The position numbers and the translations under genes are program-made. A stretch of 59,738 nt of DNA, filler included, from Mitosporidium daphniae (taxonomy: Eukaryota), in assembly GCF_000760515.2 (NCBI RefSeq). It is 2 parts of 2 records of this genome, joined end to end, with 100 filler letters (N's around TTAATTAATTAA, not from the genome) between each part and the next. Parts side by side here need not be neighbours in the genome. Positions count along the whole stretch, not along the records: positions 29,957 to 59,738 come from NW_013546212.1; 1 more part is not named here. One strand, given 5' to 3'. The notes below the pieces were generated by a model, which worked only from the letters and a program-made list of their open reading frames with translations, had not been told where the DNA came from and did no database searches. Of this stretch, positions 35,101 to 49,598 are shown one piece after another (the first letter of the stretch is position 1; every line of letters begins with the position of its first letter).

Positions 35101-35385
35101 TCGATATTTATCCTCACTGTGGCGGGAATGGTAACTGCTTTGCGAGTCTGGTGAATATTCTCGCCTATGTGAAGCTCTGTCTGAATGCCGACTTGGAGTG
35201 GGCTTGAAGTTGTCCTAGAAATTAAAAGAGGAGATGCTGACCAGTGAAATTGGAGTAAACGGAAGTGCTCTTTCTTCCGTATCCATTCGTCTAGTTGAAG
35301 AGGTTGAAAGCGGTGTAAATATGTTCAGTCCAGATTTCAACTTTTGAAAAGGAAGGGCCTGGGTACGATCCTCATCTTGGCGCAT
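32174..35385 (-). CDS. PRP16: Pre-mRNA splicing DEAH helicase Prp16/DHX38
   Basis: [46 protein letters not shown] and QRAGRAGR. Introns near 35216-35241, 34720-34749 and 34012-34036. Confidence 0.95.
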
Positions 35386-35552
35386 AAAGTAGGTAAAGAA
35401 GCCGAAAAGCGGTCGGTAATTTGAAATTCAAATTTAAATTGAAATTCAAATCCAACTTGAAAATTAAAATTAAAAGCCAAGCCAAGCCTATTGTGCAATT
35501 GATGTGATTACTTTATATCTTATCTTAATCATCAAAATATCTTTTTGCTATC

Positions 35553-37094
35553 ATGGGATGTAAGTGTTACGCTCCCTAACCCGGCCTAGTCAGAGTTTTG
35601 CAGTTAATGCGCCCGTTTTTGGCCATCCTTCCCGGTGTTGCTAAATCTGAGCGAAAGGTAGGTTTTCGCACACGTATGGCCTAGGTCCAATTCCGTGAAA
35701 AGGTGCTTTGGACTGCCGTCACGCTCTTCATTTTTCTTGTGTGCTCGCAAGTCCCACTTTATGGAATCATGAGCAGCGAATCTTCGGATCCATTCTACTG
35801 GATGCGCGTCATCATGGCCTCGAATCGCGGGACCCTTATGGAGTTGGGCATCACCCCGATCGTTACATCAGGGCTGATTTTGCAGCTTCTTGCCGGTGTC
35901 AACATTATCGAGGTAGATCAGTCTGTAAAAGAAGATCGTATTCTTTATGCCGGAGCGCAAAAACGTATGTTTGAGCCCCATTTTCCCTTTAGTGTTTGCT
36001 CTGATCATGACTCTTGGACAGACTCTCGTTCAAGTTCTTTCTGGCTTCTATGGCGACCCAAATGAAATCGGTGCTGGTGTTTGTCTTTTGCTTATTATGC
36101 AGCTTTTCATTGCTGGAGTTCTGATCATTCTTCTTGATGAGCTTCTTGAAAACGGATATGGCCTTGGCTCTGGCATTTCTTTATTCATCGCGACGAACAT
36201 TTGCGAAACAATTATTTGGAAAAGCTTATCGCCCACAACGTACAACACGGGCAAAGGAACCGAATTCGAGGGTGCCGTCATTGCTCTGTTCCATCTTTTG
36301 ATCACCAGAGACGATAAATTGAGAGCGCTTAAACACGCCTTTTTCCGAACCAATCTTCCAAACATTTCAAGCTTAATTTCGACTGTGCTCGTATTTGCAG
36401 TCGTCATTTACCTGCAAGGTTTCCGCATCGAATTGCCGGTGAAAAACATGCGCATGCGTGGCCAGCAAGGCACTTATCCGATCAAGCTCTTCTACACCTC
36501 CAACATGCCAATTATGCTGCAAAGTGCCCTCATCTCAAATACCTTTTTTATTTCACAAATGTTGTATAACAAGTTCCCTCATAATTTGCTTGTTCGTTTG
36601 CTTGGTGTTTGGGAGGTACTTGTTTGCATATTTTATTTTAGCCCTATGAGGGAACTAGCCAATTTTTTGCCGTCGGCGGTCTTTCCTACTACATCACCTC
36701 CCCGCATTCCTTTTTTGAGATCTTTACGGATCCAATCCACTTTATNGTCTATTTAATCTTCATTTTGAGCTCCTGTGCTCTTTTTTCGAAGACTTGGGTT
36801 GAGGTGTCTGGATCTTCTCCCCAAGATGTGGCCCGTCAGCTTAAAGATCAGCAATTGACTCTGCCTGGGCATCGTGAGGGTTCACTAAACAAGGAGCTCA
36901 AGAAGCTTATTCCAATGGCTGCCTCCCTGGGCGGTCTTACCATCGGTGCTTTGTCGCTTACTGCTGACCTTACCAAAGCCATAGGCACCGGTACAGGGAT
37001 CCTTCTAGCCGTTACGATCATTTATCAGTACTTTGAAAAGTTTGCCAAAGAGCAAGCAGAGCAAGGCGGTCTTGATACGTTGTTTCTTAGTTGA
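35553..37094 (+). CDS. SEC61: Protein translocon Sec61 alpha subunit
   Basis: [55 protein letters not shown] and [12 protein letters not shown]. Four micro-introns. Confidence 0.97.
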
Positions 37095-37114
37095 TAATTA
37101 AATAAAACTCGGAA

Positions 37115-38023
37115 TTAATCCTTCGTTTTAGCAGCCTGCATTTCATTGTCCGTCAAGAAAGGCACGCCAAAAGATACGTGNTTTTCCGCATACTCTTTGC
37201 TTTTGGTCGAGATGTGGTATGTGTCTCCTATAGCCTCAAATTTGTTTTCGTTCAGTTGGGACTGAGCACACCCTAGCCTTGTGCTTGAAGCTGTTTTTAT
37301 GAAGAACCGGATTGGCTGGCCGTACGAATCAGTCGACTGCAAGTGTTCAAGTTTAAATTTGAACCCGTTGCACGCGCCCCTGAGGATCCATAACTCGTTT
37401 AATGTGTTTTGATGGGTCGTAAAACATGCCCCTCTCGTTGGAATAAGGAGATACCATATTGACGAGCGACGCACTGATCTAATGTCGCCAGCAATATGAC
37501 GGCGCTTTTTGACTTTGATTGCGTTTTGTTTGATTTTAGACGTCTTTGCGAAATATCGATCGTCGGTAACGGATTCACACAAAGCCATCACCATCTGGTC
37601 TTCCAAAATTCGCGAGCCATCCAGTGAAATCATTTCATTCACCCCTTCAGATGCTCCAAGGTCTAGCCATTTTTCTCTCTGTACCGCAATTCTTAAATCA
37701 AATGCATGCACGGGCATGTTTTTGGATAGGGCTTGTGTGTAGCCCAAGCAGCGCTTTGCTCTGGTGTTCTAGGCCTGTTCTCATCAATGCTAGCCTCGAT
37801 GGCTTTTCATAATTTTTGAATCGCCATGTATTCAAGCTCTTTCTGTACAATTTGATCTCTTTTTTTGAATCCGGATCGCTACGATCTTCTTCAGAAGCCT
37901 CGAAACACGGCAATCGCATCGAAGGCCGTAAACTCTACACAATCCTTCCAGGCTCTTCAAAGCAATTGCAGGTGGAGTATTGTCTACATCTTAGGGTTAG
38001 GCTTGGAGATAGCTATCACCCAT
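37115..38023 (-). CDS. Hypothetical protein, probably spliced
   Basis: Overlapping ORFs 37115-37747 and 37698-37919, with an ATG at 38023 after TTAAAATTTT. Exon joins not resolved and no family recognised. Confidence 0.4.
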
Positions 38024-38039
38024 TTCAGCCAAAATTTTA

Positions 38040-38732
38040 ATGCTTTCAAATGAGCAAAACCCATGGGGAACTTCTCCGTTTTCTCAGCTGACAATGGATC
38101 CGGCAATCACAATCCTTGCCTCAACATCGCCCAGAAGAGCAGAAATCTTACGAAACCTTGGTGTTAAGTTCACCGTAATCCCATCGCTATTTTCAGAAAA
38201 TCTACAAAGAGGGACTGGTGAAAATTCGCAAGTCTCATATGTTTGTGAAACGGCAAAGCAAAAGGCCCTTGAGGTATTTGAGAGATTTTCTGCTTCAAGC
38301 TCCATCTTTGGCGTGCGTTTTATAGTTTCGGCTGATACCATTGTGTATGATCCAGAAACAGATCAGATTTTCGAAAAGCCGGCGTCAAGGAAACATGCAG
38401 CGGAAATGTTGAGAGCCCTTTCCGGAAAAGAGCACATCGTATATTCAGCAATTACAATTCTCTGCTTGGATGGTAATGGAGCACTCAAAGATATCTTGTC
38501 AAGTTATGAAAGTACCACCTCAAGTCTTGACGACTTGGACAACGATTTTTTAGATGCATACACAGCATATTCGGATGAAACATTGGATAAGGCCGGTGCG
38601 TGCTCTGAATTTGGCTTGCTTTCTGTTTTCATAAAGACGATGACAGGATCATTTTACAATACCATGGGATTTCCAGTAAGAGCCTTTTACAAATTGATAG
38701 TCGATTATTTAACGCCCAAAAAGGGAAAATAA
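38040..38732 (+). CDS. Maf-family nucleoside triphosphate pyrophosphatase
   Basis: ILASTSPRRAEIL, SADTIV, IFEKP, MLRALSGKEH, DKAGA and GSFYNTMGFP. The start could be 38094. Confidence 0.92.
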   Translation: MLSNEQNPWGTSPFSQLTMDPAITILASTSPRRAEILRNLGVKFTVIPSLFSENLQRGTGENSQVSYVCETAKQKALEVFERFSASSSIFGVRFIVSADTIVYDPETDQIFEKPASRKHAAEMLRALSGKEHIVYSAITILCLDGNGALKDILSSYESTTSSLDDLDNDFLDAYTAYSDETLDKAGACSEFGLLSVFIKTMTGSFYNTMGFPVRAFYKLIVDYLTPKKGK

Positions 38733-38747
38733 ATTGCATTAAAAAAG

Positions 38748-38820
38748 CGCCCAACGTGGGGCTCGAACCCACGACCGCGAGATTAAGAGTCTCGCGCTCT
38801 ACCGACTGAGCTAGCCGGGC
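38748..38820 (-). tRNA. tRNA-Lys (anticodon CTT)
   Basis: GCCCGGCTAGCTCAGTCGGTAGAGCGCGAGACTCTTAATCTCGCGGTCGTGGGTTCGAGCCCCACGTTGGGCG folds as a cloverleaf and is followed by a T6 Pol III terminator. Confidence 0.98.
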
Positions 38821-38922
38821 ACAAGATCAATGGTTGATCATTTTTATTTAGTTTAATATTGTATTTCTCCACCAAAACGATCGCATAAATTGACTTATTT
38901 TGCATTGTTTAATGGGGTTAAA

Positions 38923-41900
38923 TTAATACGAAAAAGGAATCTTCAGCTGCAATGCAAGTTCTGAATCTGAATGAATCCTTTTGAGATATGAAGATGTCAA
39001 AAAGCCCAATTTCTTGCAGCCGCAATGCGCATTACACTTTGACGTGCGCAAGCAAGAACGGCATGTGAATATGGTTGCGCGCAAAATTTTCATAGTTTGG
39101 GTGTATAGTGTTCCGGGCTGTTTTTTGCATCCTAGCATGACTGCAAATGCTCCAATTCTGCACGGTTAATGAAGACATATTGCCACCTGTAAAGCCAGAG
39201 GTCGACGCTGCTTGATTTCGAAAATTTGATGCAGGATCTCTGAATAAATGAAATGAATGTTTCTGCGATTATGATAATATGCTACTTGCGAAAAATAAAT
39301 TAGATAGGCCTGAAGTAGAGATCTGGCGAGCTTTTCGCAAATCAGAAATGTATACACAGGCCTTCAACGCGACAAGCAAAATGGACTCGAAAAAATTTAC
39401 ATGAACAACAAAGACACTGGAGGGGCACAAACCATCATTGAAAGATCTAAAGATAGCATGCAACTTTGGCCTAAAAGATCTGTTGATTATAAATAAAGAC
39501 GCTGACCTGCGAAGAAAATCTTGGAATGAGGCCATAGGTTTTTGATGGTAAAGAACGGTTAAGCTATCAGAAACATCTAGGATTTTGTTCAAGCGTCAAC
39601 ATGGTGGTACCTTTGAGGGTATTCCATCTGGAAAAATCGGATTTCACATAAAAAGGCGCTCTGCAAGAGATTGCCAACCCACACCAGGGGAAAGTATCTA
39701 CTTATCAACACTTGAAGGGGCTTACCAGATTCAATGATTTTAGGATCGGCGCCAAGAAAGTCTCTTTCAGATTCAGCGAGAGCGAAATTTATGGCGGTTT
39801 TAGAAAAATTGATATGGCAGTTGTATTGAGAGAACCCTGTCAATTAGCACAATGGCAAACCTTGATGGAACTTTTTCAAGAAATGCACGGTGACATCCCT
39901 ATCCAAAGAGATGCAAATGGTATCATCGACAAATCGCATTATCAGCTATCCGTATTATTGAAGCAAACCGGTACAGTGTCGGGTCTGTTGAATGCAGCGA
40001 ATTCTTTGGCATCTAAATTTGCATAGTAAATGCTAAAAATATAACAAGAGAAGAGCTACCTGCACAAAAGCGAGGAAAGGACAGATCCTTGTGGAATGCC
40101 GACCAATTGTTTGTAATATCCGTCCCCATGTATGTAAACCAAATGCTGCCTAATGTGTCTTTTAAGGACAGAAATGAGCTTTGATGTTTCCAAAAAAGAA
40201 GAGCCAAAGTTCAACTGCTGAACCACTACACAAGACTTCAATCCATTTGTAAACTGAAGCCATTCGACGGGGTCATTGACTGACGAGCCCGCAAGTGCGT
40301 TCTTGTGAAAAGCCCGCTTAAACTTGCCGGGAGCAAGAAGCTTTATGCTGGCCCAGCGAAAAAGTTTATAGCCAGAGGGTGAAGAAAACTTTATGGCCTC
40401 TTTTAACAGCTTCTGATGGCAAATGGTGTCGTAGCAAGATTTGACATCGACTTTTGCAGCAAACAGTCGACACGAAGAAGATACATTCATATTTTTCATG
40501 GTACTCCTGAACCTTTGCAGTTTGGACGATACTTCATCAAGACCGAGTACACTAAAATCAACGCTACCAGAATTGCAATTCAATTTCTCAACATTATACC
40601 ATACAAAAAAGGTACCTTTTCATATGAAAGAACAGAAAATAAATTTCCCAAAAGTTTGTAGTGATACCCAACTTCAAGCTGCACTGCAGAGCCGTTGTAT
40701 GCCAATTTAGAAGCCCTCCTTCCCATATTTACAACTCCCCTTAGCTTCTTTCCATTGCCTGTCGGGACAAGGCGGAGTACAGAGGGCGCTAGCTCGTGAT
40801 CTGTTTCACTAATATCCTAAAATCGATTTTCACAACACTTACCACAAGAAACGGAGAAAAAATGGCTTTCTTCAAGTCTGACAAGAACTCGGTGGACATT
40901 TTCTTCCAATCATCACAGCGGAAATAGATCACAGTATTCTTGTTGCTTCCTGCTTCTGTTATGTAGAAATTGTTCTAAAAGCCAGTTAATGGGTAAAGTT
41001 ACTCTTAATAAAGCCACAACAATGTCATTAAAGATCCAAAAATAGATGCAACGAAATAAAAGCCGAACGTGCGCAACTTCTGTAAATGGAAGATAATTTT
41101 GAGATAGAGATCGTTTTGAAAAGAATCCCCGCAGCAGGGTAACGTTTAGCCATTGAAAGTATATGTTCAAGTCGATGCATTCATATCGACGTAAATTGAC
41201 AAAATGTTTCAAGGCTGATGGTAAAAATGCCCACGCATACCTTTGAAAAGTTGCCGCCTATTGAATGAATGGCCAAACAGCTTCAACGGTAGCAGCCTTA
41301 AAAGTGTTGCGCGCAAAAATAAGTAAACTTGATGGTTTGCAAGATTGCCCAAAGAAGAGGACGGCCGTTGCAGATCAACAGTTGCGCAGTATTTATCCAT
41401 AAGGCTCTTGTATGGCAACTTTTGATGCCGTTTGCAAATGAGCTTCAGCTGCGAACTGATGAATTTAAATCTCCAACTGCGCCTCTTGGTGGGGATATCT
41501 TTTGGCTCAAATATTTTTCCAAGTAAAATTCGAAGGTTTGTATCTCGCTTACATACGGTTGAAAAATAATGTTCAGGAGGAAACCCCCATATAGGATCCA
41601 CTTGGGGACGGCTTTTCGCTGCCGTTCCACTGTAAAACATAGCCCTTCGATTTATGAGAAAAGGATTCCCGCTTCCATTGCTTTTTGTGGAGAACGCTAT
41701 TGGCTCCTCATAAAAAGGAACGCCTAAAATGATGGTTTACCCACAAGACTAACCGGCTATTTGTAACCAAACATCATTTGGCATTTTGAAGAACATGGAA
41801 AACTCGACCAAAAAAAAGGAAAATATTGCATCTCCAAGCCTAAGATATAGTTTGTCAGAGCATGCATACATTGAATGCAGCGAAGAAAATCTGCACTCGG

Positions 41901-42310
41901 ACAAAAGAAAGGAGACTGCTGTGTTCGGATAGAACGATTCAATTGCATGTGTTCCAGAAACACTGGTGGATCCATCTTTCAGCTAAAATAAACCAATATG
42001 ATGCCCACAAATCGGAATCCAAGTGTCAGCACCGAAAACGATGATTTGTAGGGTTTTGACGCACTTTTTCTCTCACGCCCAAGCAACACGCCAATGGAGT
42101 GCATAATGACCTTTTCTTAGTTGCAAGGCATACCTCATGCAGAGACATCTCGACTAGCCCCAGCGTACAGCCAAGAGACGCAAAAACGGCCAAATTGGCA
42201 CTTTTCCACCCGAGCATTAAATCTGGAAATTCTGTGCACATCGATACATTGAAGAGCTTTGCCATCACGTCATTTATTGTGCCCGAAAAAGGAAAGCACA
42301 GTGTAATCAT
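38923..42310 (-). CDS. TERT: Telomerase reverse transcriptase, many micro-introns
   Basis: GQ (VLTLGF, LQIAG.P), QFP (QVYLFLR..L.RLLP..LFG..NR), T (FYITE...IYFR..W), A (KVDVKSCYDTI), B' (GIPQGSVLSSLLC), C (LIMRFVDDTICI) and E (FPWCG) motifs occur in order. Confidence 0.93.
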
Positions 42311-42379
42311 ACAGAAGATTTTAATTTTTATTCAACGGCCGAATTAATTGATTTCCTCATCAATTGCAACTTTGTTCTC

Positions 42380-43676
42380 CTAAAAGGAAGGATCAGCTTG
42401 GCCCTCAATGTTTACCTGGATGTAAAATTTGGCCAACTTTTTGGCGGAAGAAATCATTTTGGCTTTAATATCGTCGCTATCGGCAGGCAGCTCCTTGAAT
42501 TCTTGACGCGACAGCTTTTCAGTACGATATGTTTCATAAAGGATATCGGATATATTTTCCTTCAATTCTTCCATAAATTGTCTACATAGTTAAGCGCGGA
42601 TGATATGCTACTACCCTAACAAAATGGCCTTAAGCTTGGGAAAATCCGAGTGTTCCGGATTATCCGCTACATGTTAGAGACGATGTTTGAAATACTTTCA
42701 ACAAATCCCCAAGGCAATTGACGACCTCTTCGGATGCCATTTGACTTTGAGATGCCGATATATTCGGGCTCCGCTCCAACGATGGCAAATGGCAAATATT
42801 GCTGCAATGATTAGCACTGTTTGGATGGGTACCTTTGCGTTTTCCTTGAATTGAATAACATCTGACTCGTCAAAATCATGTGGCTCAAACTCATAAATTG
42901 GAATGTGATATTTTTTTATATCTGATATGACCTGCCCATAAAAAATGGAAATTACCTGTTGTTTGAAGGAAAGCAATTCGGAACGCGTAAGCGCATCTGA
43001 CTTTGCAATCACAGGGATGATATTGACTCTCTTCCCAACCGACTTCATCAGAAGAATATCAAGATCCTTTAGCCTACATGATAATGGTAAATTTGCTGCA
43101 CATTTACCCATGGCCAGTGGGCGCGATAAAATACAAGAGCACATGAACTCGCGAATCCTCGTACTTCCTAATTCGATTTATTCGCGATTCCTCTGCCAGG
43201 AACTTGTCGTATTGCTCCTCAATATATTCAAGAATGGTAGCGCATCTAGGCCATTATTTAATATTGTGTTTTTACCCTTGTGAATTGCTAAGCGACTCCC
43301 CAAACCCGGGAGTATCGATAATCGTAATGTTCAGTTTTTTTGAGCTCTGGTCTGACTCTGCAACGTCAAGGTCAAAGACAATACACACATACCATACAAA
43401 TACGGAACAAATCGGACGGGCTCGATCCTCTCCAAATCCAGGTCTATTTCAGCGTCTTCGCGGGGCGGGATAACAATCGAATCAAATAGCGTATTGATGA
43501 ACGTGGCTTTTCCGAGGCCAGATTGTCCTTGGAAGTATAAAAATTGCACATACCAACTATCATCATCGTAAAGTGTATTGTTTTCTTTGAGAAGGACTTG
43601 CGAGCAGACAGCATAGGATTGGAGGCGTTCTGCGGATAATGTGACCCATGCATACCTCAATGATGTCTTTGGTCAT
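42380..43676 (-). CDS. Septin, Cdc11-like
   Basis: FTMMIV/GQSGLGKATFINTLF, IIDTPGFG, RVNIIPVIAKSD and LYETYRTEKLS. Multiple micro-introns. Confidence 0.92.
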
Positions 43677-44877
43677 TTCTTCTTAATTATCCAAACTTTC
43701 AGGATCAGTATTTTTAACCAGACCCTTTTTCTAATATTGATCAGACTGCTTGGCAACGGAAATTGGGCGTACCCTTTCCCCGTTCCAAGTAAATTTTTCT
43801 ATTTTCAATTTTATTTTCATTCCAAAATTGGTTTTTGTTTGCACCGTAAATGGTACTTGTAAGCTTTTGAGCTAACCAAAGCGCAATCTGCTCTCCATTG
43901 TATTTTTTCTCGCAGATAAGGAGCAAAAGGGTCTTTTCTAAATGCACTCCCTTTCTTAACGGCTAAAAAATCGAGTATCCACTTTTTACAGGTAAAAATT
44001 CATCAGAGCCATTGGGAGGCTATTAAAGTCCCATGCAGTCGGTTCCTAGGCGCGTGAAGCCGCCTGAAGCTAGTGCAGACCTTACTGGAACGGAGATTTT
44101 TTTAATACTAGAGATGAAGAATAATAAATATAAAGATATCGCCATTATCCCATTCCACCCCGGTGGATGCTATATGCAGCAAGATTTTGATTTGTGTCCG
44201 CTTGCATGGCTTACCAAATATTATCCAACGTTTGACTGTTTCCTTAAGCTCTACAACGACTCCTTTGCTTGCTTGCCAAATATCCTGCATGTGCCATTGT
44301 TTAGGCCAACTTTTTAATTTATTTTGGCATCAGAGTAAGAGACCACAAATTGGGGAGAATTTTTTTATCGCTTCAAAGTACTTGGCACGTGTTCTTTTTC
44401 ATGCTACCATTGGGGATCGGTGTTTCTCGAGATATTCCTACTTTTGCCATCAAAACCTTGGTATATTTCGCGACAAACTTCGTATATTGGGCACAAGCTT
44501 TACATTTCACTATTTTTGATGTCCAGTTGTACCCTACGCCTTATATGCACAATCAAAATGTAACCACAAAAGAGGCGTTGTGCTCAAAATTGAAACATAC
44601 GCATAATGCCAGGCCAAACACAATGCTGTGTCGATACAATAGAGAAGGCAAAATTAGCCAGTGTTTTTTGTATATATGTGGACCAAAAAATCTCGATACT
44701 CATTGAAAATAGATTTTTCTGCAAAAAATCCCAATTCCATGTGCTGCTGACATTTGAAATCCCCAGTATTGCATTTAAAAATTAAATTATAATTACTGTA
44801 ATTTGCAAAGTGCAAAATAGTGGCAATCATGTTGATAATCAGATTTTTCATATTAATTTGGTCGGGGTTCATCTCTA

Positions 44878-46542
44878 ATGAAAATCTCGCCTTTTCGATC
44901 ACTGTCATCAGTAGGTCTTCGGCCATCCAATCATAAGGCATTTAAGATCAATTGTGATACGAATACCCTTCTCTCCTCTTATAAGAATGTTTCAATAGGC
45001 AACCTTTTACTCGCTAACATGGTATTAAAGGCATGCCAAACCTCATGGATCACATCGAAAATGGCTCCAATATATGTCAAATATGCACTGAGTTATCCCT
45101 CTCTTTTTGTCCCTCTAAATGTAATCGTGAAAAAATCTTTTTTTCAGCATTTTTGTGGAGGATCTACTAATGAGGAAATCTCGCGAACCACTAAGCGATT
45201 GTCAGAAAATGGAGTAGGAAGTATCTTGGATCCAGCAATGGAAGAAGATCTCAAAGAAATTGACTTATTTCCGGAGGATAGGATCCTCCCACAGCTTAGC
45301 AACTCTGCCTCATCTATCTTTGATGCAGACGTAATGAACCAAAGAAAAATGGTCATTCAAAACTTGATTAATGCTGCCGCCATACCGGCTACGCAGCTGT
45401 CTGCTGGAAGCAATTCTGATATGACTAAATTTGTCGCCCTTAAGCTAACATGTATGGTTCCAACGGGGCTTTTATATTTGTTAACCTCATCTCTGGATTT
45501 TCTGATCTCAAAATTGGAAGGAAATGATGGTGTGAAATCGCTACACGACTTTGGAATTAAATTGCCCAATCAAAGTGGAGACCATCAGACAATTGCAGAG
45601 CTAAAAAAGGAAATCACTAAAATCCAACGCAAATATCCGAACATGTCGGCGCGCAATTTAGTGTTTTCCGCTTTGCATCCCGAACTTGTTCTCAAATTTT
45701 ATTCAGAAATTTACCTCCCTATCCACGGACATGCAAAAGTTATGAACGAATCCGATTATAAGAATCTGCAGCAATCCCTAATCAACAGTATGGCCTTCTG
45801 CAGGGATATATTTGAATTTGCTGCGAAAAAGTCTATCTCAATCATGGTTGATGCTGAGCAAACTTACTTCCAAACAGCCATTCATTACCTGACTTTTGTG
45901 ATTGCCAAGGAGGCCCCCTTACTGCGAGACAAGCCTGTTCTTTTTGGAACTTATCAAATGTATCTCAAAAATGGATTTACTTCCCTTCAGCAAGACCACC
46001 AGCTGTATTATATGTACAAATTGCCGTTTGCCCTTAAGGTTGTTCGTGGGGCGTATATGCAATCCGAATCTGCGCGAGCATTGAGCTTCGGATTATCCTC
46101 TCCCATTAACGATTCGATCTCCAAGACGCATGAAGATTATTCTAAGGCCATCGACCTGCTTTTGAATGCTATTCAAAATAATGGCGAAAGCACGGCGGCC
46201 TTTTTTGCAACCCACAATGTCGAGAGCATTGAAAAAATTCTTTCCCAGGTTGATCCAGAAGCCCAAGGAAATAAAGTAATGATTGGCCAGCTCCTTGGAA
46301 TGGCCGATCATTTAACATTTTCTATTGCAAATTCCGATTTGGCAATTCCTTATAAATATGTGCCTGTGGGTACTGTAGAAGAAGTGTTGCCGTATCTACT
46401 TCGAAGAGCACAAGAGAATTCATCCCTATTCGGAAGGGCGACAGATGAACGCAACCAAATAAAAACGGTTATCTCGGAGAGGATTAAGAATCTTTTGTCT
46501 TCTCCATTTTTGAAAACAACGGTCTCTGGTAACACCACGTGA
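44878..46542 (+). CDS. PUT1: Proline dehydrogenase, mitochondrial
   Basis: Basic Ser/Arg-rich presequence-like N-terminus, FQHFCGG, MVDAEQTYFQ, KVVRGAY, ATHN, GQLLGM and YLLRRAQEN. Confidence 0.95.
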   Translation: MKISPFRSLSSVGLRPSNHKAFKINCDTNTLLSSYKNVSIGNLLLANMVLKACQTSWITSKMAPIYVKYALSYPSLFVPLNVIVKKSFFQHFCGGSTNEEISRTTKRLSENGVGSILDPAMEEDLKEIDLFPEDRILPQLSNSASSIFDADVMNQRKMVIQNLINAAAIPATQLSAGSNSDMTKFVALKLTCMVPTGLLYLLTSSLDFLISKLEGNDGVKSLHDFGIKLPNQSGDHQTIAELKKEITKIQRKYPNMSARNLVFSALHPELVLKFYSEIYLPIHGHAKVMNESDYKNLQQSLINSMAFCRDIFEFAAKKSISIMVDAEQTYFQTAIHYLTFVIAKEAPLLRDKPVLFGTYQMYLKNGFTSLQQDHQLYYMYKLPFALKVVRGAYMQSESARALSFGLSSPINDSISKTHEDYSKAIDLLLNAIQNNGESTAAFFATHNVESIEKILSQVDPEAQGNKVMIGQLLGMADHLTFSIANSDLAIPYKYVPVGTVEEVLPYLLRRAQENSSLFGRATDERNQIKTVISERIKNLLSSPFLKTTVSGNTT

Positions 46543-46659
46543 AGACCCAAATTTTGGTTAAACAGCGAAATTTAAATAAACTTTTTGGTAAAATGCTCGG
46601 AAGTGCACTAATGTTGGCATTGGATTTGTAAAATTTGGCGTGTTCTGATTATTTATGGG

Positions 46660-49351
<2,692 letters not shown>

Positions 49352-49455
49352 AATCAATATAAATTAGTTGGGCAACAGAAATCGGATTTGAAAATAATCA
49401 AATTATCAATTACTAGCATATAAATTTTATATTCCTTGTGTCGAGAATTCTAATT

Positions 49456-49528
49456 GGGGAACTAGCTCAAATGGTAGAGCGAGCGCTTCGCATGCGTTAG
49501 GCACTGGGTTCGATTCCCAGGTTCTCCA
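49456..49528 (+). tRNA. tRNA-Ala (anticodon CGC)
   Basis: GGGGAAC/GTTCTCC acceptor stem with G3:U70, anticodon loop TTCGCAT, TTCGA T-loop and T-run terminator. Confidence 0.96.
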
Positions 49529-49598
49529 TTTTTTAAATAGAAATTTCGAGTCCAATTTGTAATGTGAGCCCATTTGTAAACATTTTAGGGGCGCTACC

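Noticed and set aside
38040..38732. Maf gene as a bacterial horizontal transfer
   Set aside because: Stand-alone Maf proteins occur in many fungi, and being intronless is common in this window. There is no evidence without a phylogeny.
38923..42310. Reverse-transcriptase motifs suggesting a retrotransposon or retron
   Set aside because: Telomerase-specific T, QFP and GQ motifs and spliceosomal introns are present, with no gag, integrase, endonuclease or terminal repeats. It is TERT.
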